Under the pieces are notes generated by a model. That model saw only the letters and a program-made list of their open reading frames with translations, was not told the origin of the DNA and did no database searches. A program made the position numbers and the translations under genes. A stretch of 60,588 nucleotides of DNA. Source: an uncultured Flavobacteriales bacterium (GTDB lineage Bacteria; Bacteroidota; Bacteroidia; Flavobacteriales_D; CAYVSK01). Shown here piece after piece: positions 17,351 to 27,024 of this stretch (its first letter is position 1; every line of letters starts with the position of its first letter). The stretch covers positions 1-60,588 of the forward strand of contig CAZAYA010000001.1 of assembly GCA_964489175.1 (NCBI GenBank), read 5' to 3'.

Positions 17351-18901
17351 ATGCAAGAAACCATTCTCATTCTTGATCTGGGGTCGCAGTATACCCAGCT
17401 GATCGCCAGAAGGGTCCGGGAACTGAACGTTTACTGTGAGATCCACCCCTACAACGAGATCCCGGAGATCACCTCCGCCATCAAAGGCGTCATCCTTTCC
17501 GGGAGTCCTTTCTCCATTCACGATGAGAATGCACCATTCCCTGACCTGTCCGGCATCCGCGGGAAACTACCGCTGCTTGGCGTTTGCTTCGGTGCCCAAT
17601 TCATCGCCGATCAGGGGGGTGGAAAAGTAGAGGCCTCGACTACCAGGGAATACGGACGGTCCAGCCTCACTTTCATCGATCGCGACCACGAACTCATGAA
17701 AGGGCTAGGGGATGACACCCAGGTCTGGATGTCACATGGCGACACGATCACAGAACTGCCTAAGCAGGCCGAGATCATCGGCAGCACTCCTGATGTGAAA
17801 GTAGCTGCTTACCACCTTAAAGGCGAACAAACTTACGGCATCCAGTTCCACCCGGAAGTTTATCACACCACAGAAGGCAAGATCCTCCTGGAGAACTTCA
17901 TCGTCGGGGATTGTGGTTGCAGCCGAGACTGGACCCCGGCTTCCTTCGTGGAAAGCACCGTAGACCAACTGCGGGAAAAAGTAGGGGACGAGCATGTTAT
18001 CCTGGGCCTTTCCGGCGGAGTGGACAGTACAGTGGCCGCCACATTGCTGGATCAGGCCATCGGGGAGCGATGCCATTGTATTTTTATCGACAACGGCTTG
18101 CTGCGCAAGAACGAGTACCAAAAGGTTCTCGACAGCTATGAGCACATGGGCCTGAACGTGGAAGGGGTGGATGCCAAGGAACGCTTTTACGAAGGGCTGA
18201 AAGGCGTGACGGACCCGGAAGAAAAGCGGAAGGTCATTGGCCGTATCTTCATCGAGGTGTTCGATGAAGAAGCTCACCGGATCATGGCATCTCTGCCGGA
18301 GAACGAAAAGGTAAAGTGGCTCGGCCAGGGAACCATCTACCCCGACGTGATCGAATCCCTGTCGGTGAAAGGCCCTTCGGCTACCATCAAGTCCCATCAC
18401 AATGTCGGTGGCTTGCCCGAACGCATGAACATGCAGGTGGTGGAACCCCTGCGCGCACTTTTCAAGGATGAAGTCCGCCGTGTAGGCCGCACGCTGAGGA
18501 TCGATGACCGGATCCTGGACCGCCATCCATTCCCCGGTCCGGGCCTGGCCATAAGAATACTGGGCGACATTACACCGGAAAAGGTCCGGATCTTGCAAGA
18601 AGCTGATGAGATTTTTATTTCCGAACTTGAAAATGCCGGGATCTACAATGAAGTATGGCAGGCCGGAGCGATCTTGTTGCCTGTTCATTCCGTCGGTGTG
18701 ATGGGGGATGAAAGAACCTATGAACAAGTGGTAGCCCTTCGGGCGGTCACCTCGACCGACGGCATGACCGCAGACCGCTCCCATCTTCCTTATGAGCTGC
18801 TAGGGAGGGTTTCGGACAAGATCATCAATAATGTTCGCGGCATCAACCGGGTGGTCTATGATATCAGCTCCAAACCCCCTGCCACCATCGAATGGGAATA
18901 A
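17351..18901 (+). CDS. guaA: GMP synthase (glutamine-hydrolysing)
   Basis: GATase domain with GVCFGAQ nucleophile, ATP-PPase P-loop SGGVDS, and C-terminal dimerisation domain ending PPATIEWE. Confidence 0.97.
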   Translation: MQETILILDLGSQYTQLIARRVRELNVYCEIHPYNEIPEITSAIKGVILSGSPFSIHDENAPFPDLSGIRGKLPLLGVCFGAQFIADQGGGKVEASTTREYGRSSLTFIDRDHELMKGLGDDTQVWMSHGDTITELPKQAEIIGSTPDVKVAAYHLKGEQTYGIQFHPEVYHTTEGKILLENFIVGDCGCSRDWTPASFVESTVDQLREKVGDEHVILGLSGGVDSTVAATLLDQAIGERCHCIFIDNGLLRKNEYQKVLDSYEHMGLNVEGVDAKERFYEGLKGVTDPEEKRKVIGRIFIEVFDEEAHRIMASLPENEKVKWLGQGTIYPDVIESLSVKGPSATIKSHHNVGGLPERMNMQVVEPLRALFKDEVRRVGRTLRIDDRILDRHPFPGPGLAIRILGDITPEKVRILQEADEIFISELENAGIYNEVWQAGAILLPVHSVGVMGDERTYEQVVALRAVTSTDGMTADRSHLPYELLGRVSDKIINNVRGINRVVYDISSKPPATIEWE

Positions 18902-18905
18902 ACCT

Positions 18906-21257
18906 ATGCGAATGCGCTTTTGCTATGCCACCGGCCTTTTTATCGCCCTGCTCCTCCAGGCAGGGAGCGCTATGGCCCAGGAGGCGAAGGACAGCATCAT
19001 CACCGACGATGGGAAGCGCTATCATCTACATGTGGTCCGGGATAACGAGACCCTCTTCAGCATCTCCAAACACTATGGAGTACCTGTCGATTCGATCCGG
19101 CAATACAATCTCATCGAAGGAGATGCCATCAAACTCGGGCGATCATTGCGGATCCCCGCCTGGCTGAAACAAGCGGAAAAAAAGGAGCAAAAGTCTTCCC
19201 CCGGCTCCTATCGGATCCACCGGGTGGAAAGGAAGGAAACCCTTTACAGCATCGCCCAACAATACGGGGTGACCATGAAGAAGCTCGTGGCACTGAACCC
19301 GGGGGTGAAGAAGGGCCTGAAGACCGGGCAAGAAATCAAGATCCCCCGGGAAGGGCAGGAAAAGGAGGACATGACCCGGCATACCGTGGAACAGGGAGAG
19401 ACCCTTTTCGCCCTGTCGCAGCAATACAACGTCAAGATCGCCCGGATCCGGGAATTGAATCCGGAAGTGGATGAAAATGGCCTTAAGATCGGACAGGTAC
19501 TGACCATCCCGGAAGCTTCTCCTGCTGAAGAAGGCTCTTCCTATGATGACAGCCGCATCCACACAGTAGCTCCCGGAGAGACCCTTTATGCGATCTCGGA
19601 GCAATACCACATCAGCATAGAAAAGCTCAAAGCAGCCAATCCTGTTCTGCGCCAGCAAGAACTGGAAGAAGGGCAAAAGCTGAAAGTTCCCAAACCCGGA
19701 AACATCGAATTCTTTCCAGGAGAGGATACCCCTTCTGAAGAAGGAACCCATATCGTCCGTAAAGGAGAGACCCTTTATTCCCTCTCCAAAGAATACGACA
19801 TTCCCATCGACTCCCTGCTGCGCATGAACCCGGAAGCCCGGAACGGCGTGAAAGTAGGACAGGAACTCTTCGTAGGCCCCTCTTCTCCAAAAGGATCCCA
19901 GGAAGAAATAACACCCGTCATCCCGGACACCAGCCGGGAAATGCCCGTCACTTTTCATGAAGTACAACAAGGTGAGGGGCTGGACGCCATTGCCCAGCAA
20001 TATCATGTTCCAGCCGATGTTATCGAGATCTTCAACCCGTCCTTTTGGTTCCGCGGGCTTCACCCAGGGCAGATCCTGATCATTCCCCGCTTCTCCCCCA
20101 CCCGGTCACTTGACCTCAAGCGATCGGGGAAAAAACAAGTATACACCGTTGCCCTCTTCCTCCCTTTCAAGCTGAATGTGAACGATTCCATCATGGAAAA
20201 CACCCCCCCGGGGGAGGAACAAAAGCTCCACCCCTCCACCCGGATCGCCCTGGAATTCTACAACGGGATCCGGCTCGCTCTCGACTCCCTTCAAAAGGTC
20301 GGACTTTCAGTAGACCTCCATGTTTTTGAAAGCCGGCGGGATTCCACTTACATGAACCAATTATTCGCCTCCGGGGAACTGGAGAAGGCCGACCTGTTCA
20401 TCGGTCCTTTATACAGTAGCAACCTGAAGATCGCCGCGAATTTTGCAAAAAGGCATGGTATACACACTGTTTGCCCCGTCCCTCAAAGCAACCGGATATT
20501 GTTGGGTAACCCGAACATCAGCAAAGTAGACCCTTCACGGGTGACCATGGCCCAGCAACTGGCCCGGCGGATAGCCCGGAAACATTCCATCCATAATGTG
20601 GTCCTGATGGACAGCAAATCCATCCGGGACCAGAAGATCAATGATGTTTTCCGGGAATCCTTCAACAAATATGTCCAACTCCAGGACGATCAATACCGTG
20701 ATTCCCTCCGAACAGCCACCATGGAGGAGTTCACCATCAAAGACCTTATGAGCAAACTCGCCGAGGATACGCTCAACATCCTGGTCGTTCCTTCTCAGGA
20801 CAAGGTTTTTGCTTCCGACCTGCTTACCCGCCTGAACAACATGAAAGAAGAGCGGGACATCATCATCTATGGCCTGGAAGACTGGCTCGGGTATGAAAGC
20901 ATCGATATCGCCTACAAACATCAGTTCCGCCTCCATGTGGCCACCGATCATCACATTGACCACGATGCCCCGGAGACGATGAATATGATCCGCCGCTACC
21001 GGAAAGTCCATGCTACCGACCCCGATCGGTATGCTTTCTTAGGCTATGATATCGGCCTGTACTATTTCACAGGGCTTCTCCAATTCGGACTGGACTTCCC
21101 GGAACATTTCGACCAGGTCAGTGCTCATCCTCTGCACATCGGATTCGATTATTACAAGACCGGTGTACAAAGCGGTTATGAGAATCAACACATTTTCATC
21201 CTTCGTTACGAGGACTATGACCTGAAAAGACAAAACACAACCTCCCATGTCCATTGA
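18906..21257 (+). CDS. Secreted protein with six LysM domains + C-terminal periplasmic-binding-protein (PBP1/LivK-like) domain
   Basis: Signal peptide MRMRFCYATGLFIALLLQAGSAMAQ. Six copies of the H.V..GETL(Y/F)(S/A)I(S/A)..Y LysM pattern. The C-half YTVALFLPF...GPLYS resembles type-1 binding proteins. The tracked start 18831 overlaps guaA and was rejected. Confidence 0.85.
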   Translation: MRMRFCYATGLFIALLLQAGSAMAQEAKDSIITDDGKRYHLHVVRDNETLFSISKHYGVPVDSIRQYNLIEGDAIKLGRSLRIPAWLKQAEKKEQKSSPGSYRIHRVERKETLYSIAQQYGVTMKKLVALNPGVKKGLKTGQEIKIPREGQEKEDMTRHTVEQGETLFALSQQYNVKIARIRELNPEVDENGLKIGQVLTIPEASPAEEGSSYDDSRIHTVAPGETLYAISEQYHISIEKLKAANPVLRQQELEEGQKLKVPKPGNIEFFPGEDTPSEEGTHIVRKGETLYSLSKEYDIPIDSLLRMNPEARNGVKVGQELFVGPSSPKGSQEEITPVIPDTSREMPVTFHEVQQGEGLDAIAQQYHVPADVIEIFNPSFWFRGLHPGQILIIPRFSPTRSLDLKRSGKKQVYTVALFLPFKLNVNDSIMENTPPGEEQKLHPSTRIALEFYNGIRLALDSLQKVGLSVDLHVFESRRDSTYMNQLFASGELEKADLFIGPLYSSNLKIAANFAKRHGIHTVCPVPQSNRILLGNPNISKVDPSRVTMAQQLARRIARKHSIHNVVLMDSKSIRDQKINDVFRESFNKYVQLQDDQYRDSLRTATMEEFTIKDLMSKLAEDTLNILVVPSQDKVFASDLLTRLNNMKEERDIIIYGLEDWLGYESIDIAYKHQFRLHVATDHHIDHDAPETMNMIRRYRKVHATDPDRYAFLGYDIGLYYFTGLLQFGLDFPEHFDQVSAHPLHIGFDYYKTGVQSGYENQHIFILRYEDYDLKRQNTTSHVH

Positions 21258-22173
21258 TAAGAATACCATCTGGGATCGGTTCCTCAATATTCAGGACAGT
21301 ATTTGCGAACAAGTCGAAATTTTAGATGGCAAAAGCCGTTTCCACCAGGACGAATGGGAACGAGAAGGTGGAGGTGGAGGCCGCACACGCGTGATCCGAA
21401 ACGGAGACCTGCTCGAGAAGGGAGGCGTGAATTTTTCCGCCGTATTCGGCTCCCTTCCCGAAAAGACCGCCCGGGAATTCAAAGTAGAACCGGGATTGGA
21501 TTTCTTCGCCACCGGGGTCTCGATCGTCCTTCATCCCTTTAATCCTCATGTGCCGATCATTCACATGAACATCCGCTATTTCGAACTGGGGAACGGCGAC
21601 TGCTGGTTCGGTGGCGGTATCGACCTCACCCCTCATTATATCGATGAAAAAGAGGCCGGCCATTTCCACCGACAATTAAAAACGCTCTGCGACCAGCATC
21701 ATCCGGAATATTACTCTGAATTCAAACGATGGGCCGACGATTACTTCTACATCGAGCACAGGGAAGAAACACGCGGTGTAGGAGGGATCTTCTTCGACCA
21801 TTTACGGCCAACCGAAGAGATCTCCCTGCAAGAACGGTTCAACTTCGTGACTGACGTGGGAAAAGCCTTTGCACCTATATACAAGGAGATCGCAGAGCCC
21901 AAACGATCCCGGACCTTCTCCGATAAGGAAAAAGAATGGCAACTGCTACGCCGGGGACGATACGTGGAATTCAATCTGGTCTACGACCGGGGAACGCGTT
22001 TCGGCTTGCAATCCAAAGGACGTATCGAGTCGATACTGATGAGCCTGCCAGCTCACGCTTCCTGGTATTATGACCATCAGCCGGAAAAGGGATCGGATGA
22101 AGCCAGGACCTTGAGCCTGCTCAGAAAGGATATCGACTGGGCAGACCGCATCAACCAGCACACCAATGCTTAG
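21247..22173 (+). CDS. hemF: Oxygen-dependent coproporphyrinogen III oxidase
   Basis: EREGGGGGRTRV, FGGGIDLTPHY, TRGVGGIFFD and RGRYVEFNLVYDRGT motifs are characteristic of HemF. Overlaps the LysM gene by 11 nt. Confidence 0.95.
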   Translation: MSIDKNTIWDRFLNIQDSICEQVEILDGKSRFHQDEWEREGGGGGRTRVIRNGDLLEKGGVNFSAVFGSLPEKTAREFKVEPGLDFFATGVSIVLHPFNPHVPIIHMNIRYFELGNGDCWFGGGIDLTPHYIDEKEAGHFHRQLKTLCDQHHPEYYSEFKRWADDYFYIEHREETRGVGGIFFDHLRPTEEISLQERFNFVTDVGKAFAPIYKEIAEPKRSRTFSDKEKEWQLLRRGRYVEFNLVYDRGTRFGLQSKGRIESILMSLPAHASWYYDHQPEKGSDEARTLSLLRKDIDWADRINQHTNA

Positions 22174-23105
22174 GGGTCGATGAACTTTCGGGTAATGGCT
22201 CCTTTACTGTGCGTAACCCTTAGGAAATACATGCCTTGATCCCCACCAGGTCGGAAGACATGCTCCCTCCCGCTGAAAGTTTCCTGATGGATCAGACGAC
22301 CTTGTGCATCCAACACTTCGAGCTGCTGATCCCTATAGTTATCTGAAAGCCTCAGCATGTACCGACCATTACCAGTCGCATGCAAGAACATCTTCCCCTC
22401 TCCCCCTTTTTGCGAAACCACTGAAGCAGGCCCTGAAGTACTTTGCCGGTTGGAACGGGTAGAATTGAAATTCTTGGCCCGCGTTGAAGTACAAGTGTCC
22501 GGGGTTTCCACCTCAACAAAGTAAGTCGGAGGAGTCGTGAAGGGAGCACAAGCACTCCATACAGGATAGTACTCTTCTCCGGCCGGGACAGTATCGATCC
22601 TTTGAAAATTCCCGTCATTGTTCGCATCCTCCCAAATGATCACTTCGCTGAAATTGATCCCCACATAATCGTTCCAGTAAAGATGAAGGCATCCGTCAGA
22701 ATCCAGACTGTCCTGCAGGTGCATGGTCGTGTGGACCGGGCTCATCCCCGATAATGTTTCACAGGAATCCATCACGGACAACCCATAGGTATAACTTCCC
22801 TGCTGGGGGTCCATGGACTTATCGGTCCACATGCTCAACGAATCCACATCAACGGTCCCTACCACCTCGTAATTGAACCCGTTCAGGCGGTAACACATGA
22901 AACTGTCGACCTCGGTCATAGCCATGTTCTCCTTCTCCCAACTGACCACAATGTCCCCTTTGTCATCCACACTTACCACACAAATGGAAGGAGTCCCTAC
23001 AGTACACTGAGCTCGAAGACCGCTCGTTATCATTATAGCCGGAAAAAGAAACAAAAGAAGGGCGAAACCTTGATCCAAGACCTTATGATATTGATGAAAG
23101 TTCAT
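22170..23105 (-). CDS. T9SS cargo with type A (Por_Secre_tail) C-terminal sorting domain; two Fn3-like domains
   Basis: Signal peptide. The body aligns by eye with the C-terminal ~310 aa of the neighbouring 1232-aa protein, including CT.T(K/R)AKNFNSTRSNR.STSGP. C-terminal tail ...LEVLDAQGRLIHQETF...GMYFLRVTHSKGAITRKFI. Confidence 0.85.
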   Translation of the reverse strand: MNFHQYHKVLDQGFALLLFLFPAIMITSGLRAQCTVGTPSICVVSVDDKGDIVVSWEKENMAMTEVDSFMCYRLNGFNYEVVGTVDVDSLSMWTDKSMDPQQGSYTYGLSVMDSCETLSGMSPVHTTMHLQDSLDSDGCLHLYWNDYVGINFSEVIIWEDANNDGNFQRIDTVPAGEEYYPVWSACAPFTTPPTYFVEVETPDTCTSTRAKNFNSTRSNRQSTSGPASVVSQKGGEGKMFLHATGNGRYMLRLSDNYRDQQLEVLDAQGRLIHQETFSGREHVFRPGGDQGMYFLRVTHSKGAITRKFIDP

Positions 23106-23159
23106 AGGATAAACTTACTGGTTTTCAATCTATGAAAGATAAAAAAGATCATCCGGGTT

Positions 23160-26100
23160 TCATTTTTGTACGACGATCCTTTTGCTCAGGACGTTGCCTT
23201 CATCGGAGATCACCTGTATCTGATAAATACCGTTCCTGTAGCCGGACAGATCGATGGTCCTCTCTACCTGTTCCCTGTCATCGACTTTACCGGCATGGAG
23301 CCGACGACCGCTACCATCGAACACCCGCCAGTGGACGCCTCCTTTTTCCGGCTGTTGGAAACGGAACTGCAATTTTCCCCTGGTAGGGTTCGGGAAAACC
23401 TGTAGCCACATTCCTTTTCCCTGAACCCCGATGACACCGGAAGGGGTGGGCCCCGATGTACTTGCCCGGTTGGAGCGGGTGGAATTGAAATTCTTGGCTT
23501 TGGTCGCCGTACAGGCAAAAGGCGGTACTGCTTCCACCATGTAGTTCAGAAAACCGCTCTGAGAGGGCATGGTATCCGTGTAGGTATTGACATTCTTAGA
23601 AACCTGATCCAGCAATTGCCAACCATTCAGGTTATCGTAGCGATAAATGTTGAAACCCGGATAATTGAATCCTTCGTAATCATTCCAATCGAGATTGACC
23701 GTATTGTTCAACCCCGTGTTCATGCTCAGGTGGATCGACTCATGATGGTTGCTCAGAGCCGACTCATTCCCGCAAGTATCCACCGTGGTGATCTTGTACC
23801 GCCAGGAACGAACAGCAGGATCGGCCAGAGAGTCGGTGAACATGCTTAATGAGCCTGTTTCCACACTACCGACCCGGAAGTAGCTATTGCTTTGACTCCC
23901 CTCCCTGTAGATGTTGAAATGATCGATCCTGGGATCGTTGGTCTTCTCCCAGACCACCGTGTTCTTGTGGATCGCAGAATCCACCGTGATCAAACAGATC
24001 TCTTGCTGAGGAGGGGGCTGTACATGAATGCTCGTATCCAACAACGTGACGCAACCGTTAGCACTGGTCACTTTTACATAATGGTCTCCGGCAGGAGCAT
24101 TGGTCAGGTCTTCATTAGGATCGTTGTTATGGGACCATTCATAGGTGTAGGGGGATAACCCTCCCGAAGTCGTTATATGGATCCCCCCACCCTGTCCGTC
24201 ACAAGCAGCGGCTGATATCGAATCCACCACGATGGTCGCCCCGTTGGTCTCGTTGATGGTCACGTTCTTCGTGAGGGAACAATTGTTCCCATCCCGGAGG
24301 ATCACCTGGTAAAATCCTGCGCTGAGGTTGGTCATGGTCGGAGGATCGCTGGAAGTACCAAGGTTCACCCAATCGATCTGATAGGGAGACACGCCTCCTT
24401 CAAAGCTGACCGTGGCACTTCCGTTGGAGTTCCCGCAACCGGCTGGAGAAGTGGTCACGCTCATTTTCAGTTCTTCCGGCTCGGTGACCTTGATGCTCTT
24501 CGTGGTCTGGCACCCATTGGCATCCGTGACCACCACCTGGTAGGAGCCCGCCGAAAGCTCCTCCAACTGCTCCGTGGTATCCCCTGTCGACCATTGCAAG
24601 CGATGAGGCGGAGCCGTTCCGGAAACACCGATGGAGATCGCACCATCCTGCCCGCCATAACAGGTCACAGGTGTGACAGAAGTGGATATGGAAGGACCGG
24701 CCAGGTCACTGATCGTTACAGGGATCAGGTTCTCACATCCCCGCACCGTATCCTTCACACGTACCGAATAATACCCTGAGGCCAGGTTGGTCGCCGTTGC
24801 GGAATCGGAGCCACTGGACCATTGATAGGTATAATCGGCGGGATCCCCGCCGGTCACTTCCACGGTAGCTTCACCGTCCGCATTGCCACAGGTGGAATTC
24901 TGAAGACCGGTGATCTCGAGCGGAATGAAACAGAAACTGTCCGACGTATCGGAAGCACAACCTTTCTTCCGGATCACCAACTGGTAATCACCGGCCTGGG
25001 TCACCTGGACTTGCTGCGTATCCGATCCGAACGGCGATCCATTCTGGAACCATTCGTAATGAGCGGCGGAAAGCGTGGACCGGATGCTGTCGGTCCCTTC
25101 TCGTTCAATGGAAGGGGTGGAAGGCTTCGGATCCACTCTGATGGTTTGTTCGGCAAAGTTGCTGCAACCGTTCTGGTTCACGTAAGTATAGGTGATCGTA
25201 TGGCTGCCGGGCCCTGCATTGGCCGGATAGAAAGTATTGCCGCTCACCCCCGGCCCGCTGAAAACACCGCCGGAAGGATCCCCTCCACTCAGGGCGAAAG
25301 GCGCGTCATAAACGCATACTTCGTTGGGAAACGCGGTAGTATCCACGCTGATCGCCGGAGGGGCACAGTATTGCCCGAGGAAGGCGTCATACGTACCGTG
25401 GGTGACCAGCTCCGATGTGTCCTGCCCGGGATCCATGTCGATCGTGCTTTGGAAAAAACCGGTGAACCAAACGCTGCCAGTGGAATCGACCACCAGGTCA
25501 TTTCCTCCGTCCCATTGGTTGCTGCCCATGCCCACGGCCGTCAGGTAATCGCCGGTGGGGTCGTACTGGGCAATGAACACATCCCCACCCCCCTGGGTCT
25601 CGTAATTGGCCGTGTAAACGGGGTCCGGATCGAAATCGATGGTATTACTCCATTGTCCGGTCTGGCCGGTCAGAAAAATATTGCCCTGACCGTCCAGGTC
25701 CATAGCCCATCCGGCATCGTCATAATTGGTCCCGATGTTGAACGCCCACTGATATTGCCCGGACGGATCGTATTGGGCCAGGAAAAGGTCTTTCCCGCCA
25801 TTACTGGCCAGCTTGGCGGAATCGGGGCCTGGGTCGGGATCGAAGACCTGCTGGAAGAACCCGGACAGGTATACCTCCCCGGCATCGTTCACGGCCAACG
25901 CATGCCCCTCATCGTCATCGCTGTTGTCGCCCATCACATGGCCCCACTGGAGATCCATGTTGCTGTCGTACTTGGCCAAAAGGATGTTGTTATTGGTCCC
26001 GGTCCCTCTTTCGGAGGCCTCGTATTGGGTCCCCGAACCCACATCGAGGTCGACCGTATCGTTGACCTCTCCCGTCACATAAATGTTCCCGGCAGCATCA

Positions 26101-26858
26101 AGGGTCATGTCGTACAAATGATCGCTATACCCTTTGCTCTTCCCATTGATGGAATAGGCCCACAGCATATCCCGGGAATCCCGGTGATATTTAGCGATGA
26201 AAATGTCGGTATGCCATGGGGTATTGGAGGCCAGGTCATGCTGGTCCACCGGATCAGGATCGAAGTCGACGGTTCCCTCCAGGTCTCCCCCGATGATCGG
26301 GTCGCCTGCTCCGTCCAGATGAACAGCCACCCCGCTCTGCCAATCATTGGAGCCGATGGGCAAAGCCCATTGATAGGCACCGGTCGTATCATACTTGGCC
26401 AAAAAAGCATCTCCGCTCCCTTCGGAAAGGAATTCCGCCTGTGTTCCGGCAGGATTGAAATCGCATTCGTTGGAGAAATAGCCGGTCACGAAAATATGAC
26501 CCTGCCCGTCCAGGATGAGGTCCATGGCCTCATCATCCCCGGAACCACCCATGGTGATCGTCCATTGATAATGGCCCAAAGCATTGAACTTGGAAAGGAA
26601 AATATCCTTCCCCCCTTCCGAAATGAACTGATCGGTAGCCGGTCCCGGGTCCATATCGACCGTATCCCTGAAATACCCAGTGATGTACAGCGCTCCGCTT
26701 TTACTTCGGAACATGGCATTGGAACGGTCGCTCTCTTGTCCGCCCATCCCGACCGACCATTGATGGACCAACTCGGTCTGTCCATATCCCATCAGGGGGC
26801 ACCCTATTATCAAAAGCCAAAGGACGCAGAAAGAAGCAAAAGGAAAACAGCGTGTCAT
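23160..26858 (-). CDS. Large T9SS cargo: SBBP beta-propeller repeats + SprB repeats + Fn3-like pair + type A CTD
   Basis: Signal peptide. Several to about nine G(G/S)..D.(A/G)..(I/L/V).(L/V)D..GN(I/V)(Y/F)(V/L)TG(.)F units (SBBP type). About four C.(G/N)...G...V...GG..PY.Y.W...VTDANGC units (SprB repeat). C-terminal LQVFPNPTRGKLQF...GIYQIQVISDEGNVLSKRIVVQK (type A CTD). Confidence 0.9.
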   Translation of the reverse strand: MTRCFPFASFCVLWLLIIGCPLMGYGQTELVHQWSVGMGGQESDRSNAMFRSKSGALYITGYFRDTVDMDPGPATDQFISEGGKDIFLSKFNALGHYQWTITMGGSGDDEAMDLILDGQGHIFVTGYFSNECDFNPAGTQAEFLSEGSGDAFLAKYDTTGAYQWALPIGSNDWQSGVAVHLDGAGDPIIGGDLEGTVDFDPDPVDQHDLASNTPWHTDIFIAKYHRDSRDMLWAYSINGKSKGYSDHLYDMTLDAAGNIYVTGEVNDTVDLDVGSGTQYEASERGTGTNNNILLAKYDSNMDLQWGHVMGDNSDDDEGHALAVNDAGEVYLSGFFQQVFDPDPGPDSAKLASNGGKDLFLAQYDPSGQYQWAFNIGTNYDDAGWAMDLDGQGNIFLTGQTGQWSNTIDFDPDPVYTANYETQGGGDVFIAQYDPTGDYLTAVGMGSNQWDGGNDLVVDSTGSVWFTGFFQSTIDMDPGQDTSELVTHGTYDAFLGQYCAPPAISVDTTAFPNEVCVYDAPFALSGGDPSGGVFSGPGVSGNTFYPANAGPGSHTITYTYVNQNGCSNFAEQTIRVDPKPSTPSIEREGTDSIRSTLSAAHYEWFQNGSPFGSDTQQVQVTQAGDYQLVIRKKGCASDTSDSFCFIPLEITGLQNSTCGNADGEATVEVTGGDPADYTYQWSSGSDSATATNLASGYYSVRVKDTVRGCENLIPVTISDLAGPSISTSVTPVTCYGGQDGAISIGVSGTAPPHRLQWSTGDTTEQLEELSAGSYQVVVTDANGCQTTKSIKVTEPEELKMSVTTSPAGCGNSNGSATVSFEGGVSPYQIDWVNLGTSSDPPTMTNLSAGFYQVILRDGNNCSLTKNVTINETNGATIVVDSISAAACDGQGGGIHITTSGGLSPYTYEWSHNNDPNEDLTNAPAGDHYVKVTSANGCVTLLDTSIHVQPPPQQEICLITVDSAIHKNTVVWEKTNDPRIDHFNIYREGSQSNSYFRVGSVETGSLSMFTDSLADPAVRSWRYKITTVDTCGNESALSNHHESIHLSMNTGLNNTVNLDWNDYEGFNYPGFNIYRYDNLNGWQLLDQVSKNVNTYTDTMPSQSGFLNYMVEAVPPFACTATKAKNFNSTRSNRASTSGPTPSGVIGVQGKGMWLQVFPNPTRGKLQFRFQQPEKGGVHWRVFDGSGRRLHAGKVDDREQVERTIDLSGYRNGIYQIQVISDEGNVLSKRIVVQK

Positions 26859-26892
26859 GAATCAGTTGACTTGAAGATGCATTTCTAATATG

Positions 26893-26900
26893 CAAAGGTA
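26893..26900 (-). promoter_or_regulatory. -7 box TACCTTTG for the 1232-aa cargo gene
   Basis: CAAAGGTA on the + strand is an exact TAnnTTTG match on the - strand, 34 nt upstream of ATG 26858. Confidence 0.45.
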
Positions 26901-26969
26901 TCATTAAGCAGACTTTCAGACCCACATTTCCATCCTGCCTCCCTCCCTTGGGAAAACCCTTCCGTTCTT

Positions 26970-26977
26970 TATCTTTG
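26970..26977 (+). promoter_or_regulatory. -7 box TATCTTTG for the arginase-argS pair
   Basis: Exact TAnnTTTG match 47 nt upstream of ATG 27025, followed by CCTCCTTAC. Confidence 0.45.
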
Positions 26978-27024
26978 CCCTCCTTACACATGCCCGTTAA
27001 AAGCTTTCAGCCTGACCCGAACCC

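Noticed and set aside
18831-18905. ORF-track N-terminal extensions (18831 LysM, 40791 nhaC, 13527, 35555, 34444, 58702, 2503, 15666, 17345, 12869)
   Set aside because: The extensions overlap the preceding gene or a -7 promoter box and lack signal-peptide logic. A downstream ATG in each case gives a canonical signal peptide or a conserved N-terminus.
24822-26888. 688-aa plus-strand ORF antisense to the 1232-aa cargo gene
   Set aside because: Its product is Gly/Ile/Arg/Pro-rich low-complexity sequence with no motif, signal or start context. The minus strand encodes recognisable SBBP, SprB and CTD domains over the same nucleotides. It is a typical shadow ORF of a long, compositionally biased gene.
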